Source of the DNA: an uncultured virus (IMG/VR IMGVR_UViG_3300003617_000006)
Taxonomy: Duplodnaviria; Heunggongvirae; Uroviricota; Caudoviricetes
IMG/VR virus record: IMGVR_UViG_3300003617_000006
Reading direction: 5' to 3' (one strand)
Length of the DNA: 20,000 nucleotides
The translations under genes and the position numbers were made by a program. Numbering within the stretch: position 1 is the first letter of the stretch; every line of letters starts with the position of its first letter. Below the pieces are notes generated by a model. The model made no database searches. It saw only the letters and a program-made list of their open reading frames with translations, and was not told the origin of the DNA. Shown in pieces: positions 1 through 7,973 of the stretch.

Positions 1-2852
1 CTATCGTTTAATTGTCCTTCCGCTACAACTCTATCTGAAACCTCCGTTGAAATCTTACCGTCTAATACAACGTCTGCAGATATTCTGTCAGCAATTTCAG
101 CGTCTATTTTATTATCGATTACTGTGTCATCGTATGCTCCTTGTTCGATATTACCTAAACGTGTATCGATAGAAGTAACTTCACCGTCAACTAAATCTTC
201 AGCTAATGATACTCTCGTAGTTAATGAACCTGATTTACTCTCTTCAGCAGTTAATCTTGTTTTAATACCATTAACTTCACCATCTAATAATGAATCTTTA
301 GCTAATCTCGTTGAAGCTTCACTAACAACCGCATTACTTACAGAAGTAACAACACCATTAGTGTTTGTTATCTTAGTATTTAATGAACTATCAGCAGTCG
401 CTCTGTTAACCTCCTCAGATGAAACTCTGTTGTGAAGTGAAACGTCTTTTGCCGTTAATGAAGTATCAGCATCTTCTCTAGCACCTTCTTCAACACCAAC
501 TCTACTATTTAATGCAGTGATTTCACCACCTGTAGTGTTGATTTCTGAAGCTAACGCCGTTGAGATGTTACCAATCTTATTACTTAATGAACCGTCAGCT
601 AAAACTCTTGATGATGCTTCGTTAGAAATCTCAGAATCTAAACTATCTTCAACACCACTAACTCTAATGTTAATTGATGTATCACTGTAAGCCGCATTGT
701 CTAAAGAAACAACAGAAGATAATCTTACTGATTCTTCAGCCGCAATTCTATTAGTTAATGTGTCATCAGCAGTTTCTCTGTTAGCTTGTTCTAATGATAA
801 TGAATCCCCTAATTGAGCGATTTCTGTATCTATTGAAATATCAGCAGAAACTCTATCAGCAACTTCATCAGAAATTAAGACTCCGTTTGCAATATCACCT
901 TGTGTTCTGTAAACTTCTTCGTTAGAAATTCTCTCACCAATCGATGCTTGGTTTGTTAAGATACTTGAAATATCACCATCATTATTTTCTAATTCAGTCT
1001 GTAACTCTTTTAACGTATCGTATGCTTCACCAGCACCGTTAACTACACCGTCAATCGCATCTGCAATCGCAGCCTCTCTAACAGACGCTTCAATACTTAC
1101 TTTAGAATCTATTTTAGAATCTAACGTGTTTAAAGAACCACTAACTTCAACTAATCTATCATCAACTGATTCTACTCCGTCTTCTACGTTACTTACTCTA
1201 GTTACGATTGATGATGTATCACCACCTGTCGCAGCTTCTAAAGAGTCAATTCTTGAATCTAATTCATTGTCAGCAGCAATTCTACTACCTTCCTCTGAAG
1301 AAATCTGACCTTCTAAATCTTCAATAGATAAGTTAGTCTCTGATAAGTTGTCACCAATTACAGTTGCCAATGATTGGTCAGCTGCGAATCTTAATGAACC
1401 TTGTGCTGAAATTTCAATAGATAATTGGTTGTCTTTTGAATCTGTATAAGACTCTAAATCACCAATCTTAGTAGCTAATGATGCATCAGCCGATTCTAAT
1501 GTTGAAACCTCAGTATCAATTTTAGTGTTTAATGTATTATCACCTAAAGTTCTAGCGTTTACTTCGTTTGTTAATTGACCACCTAATAATGTGATATCGT
1601 TTGATAACGTACCAACTTCAGAATCAATCTTAGAATCTAAAGAATCGTCAGCAACTACTCTTGTTGATGCTTCACCAACAATTTTAGTATCTAATGATGA
1701 ATCTCCAGTTAATGATGTAGTAATCGCAGAGTTTAATTTAGCCGTTAATGATTCATCAGCAGTTGATAAATCAGAAGAAATTAAACCATCAACTAATGTT
1801 AATGATAAATCTTTAGCCGCTCTTAATGATTCTTCATCTGAAACTCTCGTCTCTAAAGATGCTGAGAAATCTTCTGAATCCCCAACTCTTTCGTTGATAC
1901 TTGAATCGTTATATGCCGCAGCTTCTAACTCACTAATTTTAGTTTCTAATGAACCATCAGCAGTAACTCTTAATGCTGACTCCTCACCAATCTTAGTCTC
2001 TAATGAATCATCACCGTCAACTCTTAATGCTGATTCTACACTAATCTTACTATCTAAAGTATCGTCAGCGTCAACTCTTGCAGCTGATTCAACACCAATT
2101 GCAGTATCAATAGATGCTACATCACCTGTTAATTGAGTGTCTAAGTCAGATATTAAACCTGATTTTGATACTTCTTCTAATGATAATCTTGTTTCAACTG
2201 AAACAACATCACCCTCAATTACTAAAGCTCTGTCATCTACTGAATCGATATCAGCAGTTACTTCACCTGTAATTTCATTTGTTAATGATGTGATTGCCGT
2301 TTCTCTAACTACTTCTTCAGTCGAGACTCTCGTCGCTAATGAACTTACTTCGAAGTTAGTCGTACTAATCTCATCACTTAGTTGTGTCGACACCCCTGTA
2401 GATACCTGACCAACTAATGTCGCTAACGAATCATCCGCAGATAATCTCGTCGCCGCCTCTTCAGTAACTCTTTGAGCAACTGAATTAATCTCGGAAATAA
2501 TATTCGCTTCTGTAATAGTACCGTCTCCAATTTTAGTTGCGATTTCAACTAATGTATCCAAAGCAGCAGGTGCACCATCAACTAAGTTGGTGATTGCTAA
2601 TTGAACATCATTAGACATTTTGGTTACTAACGAAGAGTCTCCAGCAACTCTTGCAGTTTCTTCTACCGCTACACGCTCTATTAATGACGTTAAACCTTCA
2701 ATTGTAAGGTTCGAACCGTCACCATAAAACACATCAGCAGATACCGAACCTGCAAAGATTTCATCTAAAGGATTCGTTGGTGTACCAAAATCGACTTCAC
2801 GACCTTTTGGGTCAGTATTAAGTTGGAATAATCCTAATTGTCTTAATGCCAT
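1..2852 (-). CDS. Very long coiled-coil fibre-like virion protein (>950 aa; 3' end runs off the window start)
   Basis: Not in the ORF track; translated by hand from ATG at 2852: MALRQLGLFQLNTDPKGREVDFGTPTNPLDEIFAGSVSADVFYGDGSNLT...LVDGAPAALDTLVEIATKIG...SLETKIGEESALRVTADGSLETKI...VVNGAGEAYDTLKELQTEL...ADVVLDGKISTEVSDRVVAEGQLND. No stop seen down to base 3. Has 18-residue repeats and two tail-fibre-type DTLxE motifs; paralogous to 4434..6950. Confidence 0.85.
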   Translation of the reverse strand, partial: MALRQLGLFQLNTDPKGREVDFGTPTNPLDEIFAGSVSADVFYGDGSNLTIEGLTSLIERVAVEETARVAGDSSLVTKMSNDVQLAITNLVDGAPAALDTLVEIATKIGDGTITEANIISEINSVAQRVTEEAATRLSADDSLATLVGQVSTGVSTQLSDEISTTNFEVSSLATRVSTEEVVRETAITSLTNEITGEVTADIDSVDDRALVIEGDVVSVETRLSLEEVSKSGLISDLDTQLTGDVASIDTAIGVESAARVDADDTLDSKISVESALRVDGDDSLETKIGEESALRVTADGSLETKISELEAAAYNDSSINERVGDSEDFSASLETRVSDEESLRAAKDLSLTLVDGLISSDLSTADESLTAKLNSAITTSLTGDSSLDTKIVGEASTRVVADDSLDSKIDSEVGTLSNDITLLGGQLTNEVNARTLGDNTLNTKIDTEVSTLESADASLATKIGDLESYTDSKDNQLSIEISAQGSLRFAADQSLATVIGDNLSETNLSIEDLEGQISSEEGSRIAADNELDSRIDSLEAATGGDTSSIVTRVSNVEDGVESVDDRLVEVSGSLNTLDSKIDSKVSIEASVREAAIADAIDGVVNGAGEAYDTLKELQTELENNDGDISSILTNQASIGERISNEEVYRTQGDIANGVLISDEVADRVSADISIDTEIAQLGDSLSLEQANRETADDTLTNRIAAEESVRLSSVVSLDNAAYSDTSINIRVSGVEDSLDSEISNEASSRVLADGSLSNKIGNISTALASEINTTGGEITALNSRVGVEEGAREDADTSLTAKDVSLHNRVSSEEVNRATADSSLNTKITNTNGVVTSVSNAVVSEASTRLAKDSLLDGEVNGIKTRLTAEESKSGSLTTRVSLAEDLVDGEVTSIDTRLGNIEQGAYDDTVIDNKIDAEIADRISADVVLDGKISTEVSDRVVAEGQLND

Positions 2853-2920
2853 TTTGTAATGTTTATTTTACTTTATTTATTTCTGTTTTCACAGATTATT
2901 GTTGATTTCTCAACGGGTAT

Positions 2921-4351
2921 TTATATCAACGCACCTAAATCTCCATTCATTTGGTCACGGAATTCAAAATATGTACCTATATATAGGTCTGACTCCGCTT
3001 GCCATGATGGTCTATCGAATGCTACGTTAGATACAGAAATATCACCTAAGTTGTTGATAGTCGCTGAACCTGTAACCGCACCGTCTAAAACGATTTGTTG
3101 TGTTTTGTTTATTACTGTTGATGAGTCAATCTCACCATCAAATTTCCATTTGTTTCCATCAAATAAGATAGACGCTAATGGTAAGTTTTCATCACCTATT
3201 TTAACTCCTGCTGGCGATGCTAATAATTCTTCATTAGTCGCTCCTGAACCTACAACAATTGCTTTATCCTCAATAGTAACCTCTGTTGAGTTAACAGTAA
3301 AGGTTTCACCCGTAACATATAAGTTACCTTCAACCGTTACCGCTCCGTTACCTTCAGAAATTAATGAATCAGTTACTGATAAACCGTCATCACCAAACTT
3401 TGCTAATCTATTTGTAGTACCTGATACTGATGAATCACCAGTGTTGTAATATAATACTGCAATTTCAGAGCCATTACTTGGTACACCCGCAAAATTAATT
3501 GTCTGTCCGTTAGTTGAGTAGTTTTCATTCATTAACTGAACTAAACCATTTATCTCAACATAAACAACCTGAGATAAATTCTCAGAAACTGTTACAGAAT
3601 CTAATGAACCATCAGCAACAAATTTTTGATATCTTAATACTGGTTTAGAACCACCATAGAAATAAGTAATCTGTACTGTATCACCTTCAATCGGTGCTTC
3701 ATTAAATGTTATTGTCTTTTCATACTCAACGTGAGTAAATGCATCATCTTTTTCTTGCACTAATCCGTTCACATCCACCATAACTAAAGAAGTCATAGTT
3801 TTTGATACGACAAACTCAGTAGTCGCCCCGTCACCAATAAAGGTTTCGTGATATACTAATGGTTTTGCTTCACCTGATTGAATTGGTACACCTGACTGGT
3901 ATATCTGACCTGATAAATGTAGGTCGTTATATTGTTTCTCTGATGCTCCTAAGTCCTTTGTAGAATCTACACTAGGAATTAAGTTAGAAGTTAATTCTGA
4001 TACGTCTAAAGTCCCTACCTCAACACCAGCGAATGTTGGTGCGTCAGCAATAGCAACTCCTTGGTCCATTACATCTGCGAATTCATTGTCGGTAAATCTA
4101 CCGTCTAAATCTACAGTTACAGTTGAACCATCACCCTTTGTTAACGTAAAAATTCCATCAGTTATGTCAAATGAAAGATTTGAAACTGTGGAATCTGATA
4201 ACAAACCGTCGATTTCGGTTTCTGTGTAGTACCTCGTATCTAATGAACCTCCGTTGATGTCAGCCACATCTTGTGTGTGTGTATTTACCTTACCGATAAT
4301 TGTATTCAATTTCGACGCGATAATTTGTGCTAAATCTTGGTATTGTGTCAT
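2921..4351 (-). CDS. Mosaic phage structural/fibre protein (476 aa)
   Basis: Two tandem beta-rich domains (F.GDG....F/V.VS...V.VNGLVQ...I.F...P..G..I...Y), plus NLIPSVDSTKDLG, VEGNLYVTGETFTVNSTEVTIED and LDGAVTGSA motifs typical of phage fibre/baseplate proteins. N- and C-termini are shared with the 838-aa neighbour. Confidence 0.75.
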   Translation of the reverse strand: MTQYQDLAQIIASKLNTIIGKVNTHTQDVADINGGSLDTRYYTETEIDGLLSDSTVSNLSFDITDGIFTLTKGDGSTVTVDLDGRFTDNEFADVMDQGVAIADAPTFAGVEVGTLDVSELTSNLIPSVDSTKDLGASEKQYNDLHLSGQIYQSGVPIQSGEAKPLVYHETFIGDGATTEFVVSKTMTSLVMVDVNGLVQEKDDAFTHVEYEKTITFNEAPIEGDTVQITYFYGGSKPVLRYQKFVADGSLDSVTVSENLSQVVYVEINGLVQLMNENYSTNGQTINFAGVPSNGSEIAVLYYNTGDSSVSGTTNRLAKFGDDGLSVTDSLISEGNGAVTVEGNLYVTGETFTVNSTEVTIEDKAIVVGSGATNEELLASPAGVKIGDENLPLASILFDGNKWKFDGEIDSSTVINKTQQIVLDGAVTGSATINNLGDISVSNVAFDRPSWQAESDLYIGTYFEFRDQMNGDLGALI

Positions 4352-4380
4352 TATAAAATGTTTTTTTTTTATTGGTTTAT

Positions 4381-4410
4381 ATAANAAGGGGGAGAGATAT
4401 CCCCTCCCCC
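4381..4410 (-). terminator. Rho-independent terminator after the 838-aa gene
   Basis: Minus strand reads GGGGGAGGG-GATAT-CTCTCCCCC-TTnTTAT. One stem pair is a G-U wobble only in the minus-strand transcript. Confidence 0.75.
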
Positions 4411-4433
4411 AATTTTTTTAATTATAAACTATC

Positions 4434-6950
4434 TTAGTTTAATGCTATTAAATTAGCGTTTAACGTAGTTTCAAACTCATTTACAGTTCCTTGGAATGCA
4501 ATGTGGTTAGCTAAAGCTACCTCGTCTAAACCAACTCTTTCTTCTAATGAAGTTAAGTCACCGTTAATTGCTGCGTCAGCATTAGCTCTAGCAACCTCTT
4601 CAGTTGAGATTCTCGTAGTTAATACTGTATCAGCCGCTCCTCTTGCGTCAGCCTCTTCTTCAATTAATGCTTGTAAAGATGCATCACCTGCACTTAATAC
4701 AACACCAATAGAAGCGTCTTTCTGAATTCTCGTAGCAGACTCACCGTCTAATCTAGTAGATAATACTGTATCAACAGATGCTCTTGCAACTTCTTCGTTA
4801 GATACTCTTGTATTGATTGATACGAAATCATCACCCGCTTTAGAATCTAATGATTCAACCGCTGAAGCTCTTACTGATTCCTCAGTTGAGATTCTTGAAG
4901 TTAATGTAGCATCACCTGCGATTCTTGCTTCAGCCTCTAAAGAGATACTTTCAGCTAATGAACCTTCAGCAACTTGTCTACCTTCGATTTCAACATCGAT
5001 TTTAGCATCTAATACACCGTCAGCGTTAGCTCTTACAACTTCTTCAGTTGAAAGTCTTGAAGTTAATGAACCGTCAGCAGAAATCATTGCCGCTGATAAT
5101 GAATTATCTTTAGCTAATCTCGTAGACTCTTCACCTGATAATCTTGTCGTTAACGACATGTCAGCAGATGCTGATGTAGACTCTTCACCAGATAATCTAG
5201 TTTCTAATGAACCGTCAGCAGAATTTAATGTGTCAACCGCCTCAATGAACTCTTGGTGGTTACTCTCAACTAATTCAGCGATTGCCGTGTCAGCAGATGC
5301 TGATGTAGACTCTTCAGTCGATAATCTTGTCTCTAATGAATCAACACCGTCTAATTGGTTTTCTTCTAAAGTAGATACTCTAGCGTCAATTGAACCATCA
5401 GCAGATACATAAGCATTTACGATAGACGTGTCAGCAGNACCTAAACCAGCGATTTGGTTTACGAAAGTCGCTTGTAACGTGTTATCAGCAGCTAATTCAT
5501 CAGCGATTTCTTTTAATGTATCAAACGCTTCAGGTGCACCGTTAATTAAACCGTTTACCGCTACGTCAATAGCATTGTCTCTGTTTACAACCTCGTTAGA
5601 GATTTCAACAGATAATTTGTTAGTGATTGAGATATCAGTTGATTCAACTGAAGATACAACACCTGAGATTCTAGAGTTTAAAGAAACTTTAGCATCTACT
5701 AACGCTCCTTCGTCAGCTAATACTCTCTCGTCAATAGATACGAAATCTTGACCCGCTTTAGCGTCTAATGAAACAACAGAAGATAATCTTACTGATTCCT
5801 CAGTTGATACTCTTACGTCTACAGACTCTACCTCAGCAGACATGTAGTCTTGTAATGAGTTAGTTAAAGAAACTGTAGCTTCTTCTTCCTCACCTAATCT
5901 TGTTTGTAATGAACCTTCGATTGCAACTGCTCTCTCGAATTCAGCATTGATTTTACCGTCTAATACTTCCTCAGCACCTTCAGCTCTTAAAGTCTCGATT
6001 GAAACCTTAGCGTCTAATGCGATAACGTCAGAGTTAGTTGAAGAAATCTCAGTACTTAAAGCCNCGTCTAATGCGTCAAACGCATTTCCTCTCGCCACTT
6101 CTTCAGCAGAAATTCTGTTAGTTAATGAACCATCAGCAGAAACGTAAGCCGTTACGATTGATGCGTCCTTGTTAGCAGATAATACTTCTTCGTTTGATAA
6201 TCTAGTTTCGATTGAACCTACACCACCAGCTAATTGAGCATCTACTGATTCGATAGCAGAAACTCTATCAGAAACCTCTGTAGAAATTTTACCATCTAAT
6301 ACAACATCAGCCGCAGTATAAGCAGTAACGATTGAAGCGTCTTTATTAGCTCTGATTGTAGCTTCTTCTTGAATCGAAGCGTTTAAAGCGATATCGCCTT
6401 CGTTACTTGCAGATTCTACTTCACCAATTTTAGTCGCTAAAGATGCGTCAGCAGCAAATCTTGTAGATGCTTCTGATGAAATCTTAGTCGCTAATGAAGC
6501 GTCTTTTTGTGTGAACGCAGTTTCTACTGAGTTTACTTTGTTTGTCATTGCAACAGTTACAGAAGCGTCTCCTGAAACTCTTGATGACTCCTCCGCTGAA
6601 ATTCTTGTGTCAGCCGAAGTTAATTTTGCACTTACTGATTGAGATGCCGCTAAATCCGCTGCCGCTCTATCAGATACCTCTACAGATAGTTTTGAAGCTA
6701 ATGAATTGTCCCCTACTAAACGAGTTGACTCTTCCGCTGAAACTCTTACCTCTAAAGAAGTTGCCGCTGAATTGTTATCAACGATTAAGTCTACGATAGA
6801 ATTATCAGCAGAAAGTCTTGTTGACTCTTCGTTTGAAACTCTAGTGACTAATGATGTCCTACCAGTGGTGTTGGTGTTTACCTTACCAATGATTAGATTT
6901 AACTTACCCGCAATAAGTGATGCTAAATCTTGAAATTGAGTGTTTGCCAT
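4434..6950 (-). CDS. Long coiled-coil fibre-like virion protein (838 aa)
   Basis: Dozens of [ST]L.[ST][RK][ILV]S.EE..R...D repeats with about 18-aa period; central LINGAPEAFDTLKEIADELAAD tail-fibre motif; acidic and S/A/E/D-rich. Confidence 0.8.
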   Translation of the reverse strand: MANTQFQDLASLIAGKLNLIIGKVNTNTTGRTSLVTRVSNEESTRLSADNSIVDLIVDNNSAATSLEVRVSAEESTRLVGDNSLASKLSVEVSDRAAADLAASQSVSAKLTSADTRISAEESSRVSGDASVTVAMTNKVNSVETAFTQKDASLATKISSEASTRFAADASLATKIGEVESASNEGDIALNASIQEEATIRANKDASIVTAYTAADVVLDGKISTEVSDRVSAIESVDAQLAGGVGSIETRLSNEEVLSANKDASIVTAYVSADGSLTNRISAEEVARGNAFDALDXALSTEISSTNSDVIALDAKVSIETLRAEGAEEVLDGKINAEFERAVAIEGSLQTRLGEEEEATVSLTNSLQDYMSAEVESVDVRVSTEESVRLSSVVSLDAKAGQDFVSIDERVLADEGALVDAKVSLNSRISGVVSSVESTDISITNKLSVEISNEVVNRDNAIDVAVNGLINGAPEAFDTLKEIADELAADNTLQATFVNQIAGLGXADTSIVNAYVSADGSIDARVSTLEENQLDGVDSLETRLSTEESTSASADTAIAELVESNHQEFIEAVDTLNSADGSLETRLSGEESTSASADMSLTTRLSGEESTRLAKDNSLSAAMISADGSLTSRLSTEEVVRANADGVLDAKIDVEIEGRQVAEGSLAESISLEAEARIAGDATLTSRISTEESVRASAVESLDSKAGDDFVSINTRVSNEEVARASVDTVLSTRLDGESATRIQKDASIGVVLSAGDASLQALIEEEADARGAADTVLTTRISTEEVARANADAAINGDLTSLEERVGLDEVALANHIAFQGTVNEFETTLNANLIALN
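5159..5316. repeat. 29-bp exact direct repeat inside the fibre gene (5159-5187 and 5288-5316)
   Basis: tgtcagcagatgctgatgtagactcttca occurs twice and encodes EESTSASAD. Confidence 0.9.
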
Positions 6951-6986
6951 TTGTTTTTTTTTAAATTAATGGTTTATTATTGTTAT

Positions 6987-6998
6987 TATAAATACTAC
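6987..6998 (-). promoter_or_regulatory. Putative phage late promoter motif (GTAGTATTTATA)
   Basis: 36 nt upstream of the 838-aa gene ATG. An identical 12-mer lies at 13575-13586 and the same TATTTATA core at 10131-10138. Confidence 0.5.
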
Positions 6999-7063
6999 GA
7001 AAATGTAGTAATTATTCTTTAAATGAAAAATAAGTTTGTATTTATGAAACTTTTTTTTCTATA

Positions 7064-7939
7064 TTACACAAGACCATTTAGATTGTCATCTAAATAGTTT
7101 TGGAAATCAGTATTAATACGGTGAGTTAATTCATCTTCAGTCACAACATCAACCTCTCCTTCTTCAGGAGAATCAGATACTAAATTATCTTCATTATCTT
7201 TTAAAGAAGATAAATCAACTGAGAAAATATCACCACCACCAGCACTCGAAAATGTAATTTGATTCGTTTGGTTGTCAAAAGCGGCACTATCAACGATAGT
7301 ATTAACTAACCCCTGTAATGGAATCTCAACATCATCCGCCCCTGATATATTTAATGTAAGTACTCCTGAGTTGTAAGACCCTCCGTACACAAAACGGTCA
7401 TCTATACCTGATAAGTCTACACTTACGTTAGGTTCACCGTTACTTTGTTTAATCGTCAATACAGAACCCGTTAAAGTAGTTCCTGTTACTGAACTACCCG
7501 AACCACCGCCACTGAAGTCTAATTGTTCCCAAGCATCATCGTGGTTTCCTGTTCCTGTTAATTGTGAGAAGGTTGAAAAGTCAAATGCTGAAGTAGTAGG
7601 GTCTAACCATACTAACTTTTGTGCGTCTGACGCTGAATCCCACTCTTCTATAGTTACTAACGTTCCGTTAGCTCTCTTTGGGTTTAATTGAAATAACTTT
7701 CTCTCCCCAATAACATAAACCATCATACCTAGTCTTCTTCTACCTGAAGAATAACCGTCAGCACCAATAGTTGATGATACAGGAATGTCATTTCTGAAGT
7801 CCATATTTGGAACCTCCACATAACCACCGACACCTAAGTAAGAGTAATGAGTACCATACGTCGCATCACTTGATGCTGGTACCATCCCCGCTCCTGTCCT
7901 TAGACCTCCTGGTTCAATTGGAAAAACATTTTCTGACAT
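7064..7939 (-). CDS. Phage structural/fibre-associated protein (291 aa)
   Basis: N-terminal GGY..V.....RNDIP...RRRLGMMVYV.....FQL module recalled from phage tail-fibre proteins, a GS linker, then three LT[IL]....G....VDLS beta-hairpin repeats; lies inside the fibre cluster. Confidence 0.65.
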   Translation of the reverse strand: MSENVFPIEPGGLRTGAGMVPASSDATYGTHYSYLGVGGYVEVPNMDFRNDIPVSSTIGADGYSSGRRRLGMMVYVIGERKLFQLNPKRANGTLVTIEEWDSASDAQKLVWLDPTTSAFDFSTFSQLTGTGNHDDAWEQLDFSGGGSGSSVTGTTLTGSVLTIKQSNGEPNVSVDLSGIDDRFVYGGSYNSGVLTLNISGADDVEIPLQGLVNTIVDSAAFDNQTNQITFSSAGGGDIFSVDLSSLKDNEDNLVSDSPEEGEVDVVTEDELTHRINTDFQNYLDDNLNGLV

Positions 7940-7973
7940 ATTATTTTATTAAAAAATATATTAATTTATTTAC

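Noticed and set aside
2918..2925. T4-type late promoter TATAAATA on the minus strand upstream of the >950-aa gene
   Set aside because: It overlaps the ATA-TAA end of the previous gene and is in the opposite orientation to the three other copies; probably chance in AT-rich DNA.
124..6933. Many plus-strand ORFs of 60-199 aa (S/L/T/V-rich) opposite the fibre genes
   Set aside because: Antisense shadows of repetitive, codon-biased minus-strand genes; mostly GTG/TTG starts and no protein-like motifs.
1..6950. Tape-measure protein or bacterial autotransporter adhesin identity for the long coiled-coil genes
   Set aside because: No signal peptide, no YadA-type anchor at the visible C-termini and no tape-measure-like aromatic or hydrophobic pattern; tail-fibre motifs are present instead.
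6993..7010. Small inverted repeat TACTAC-N6-GTAGTA overlapping the putative late promoter
   Set aside because: Only a 6-bp AT-rich stem and not present at the other motif copies; too weak to call.
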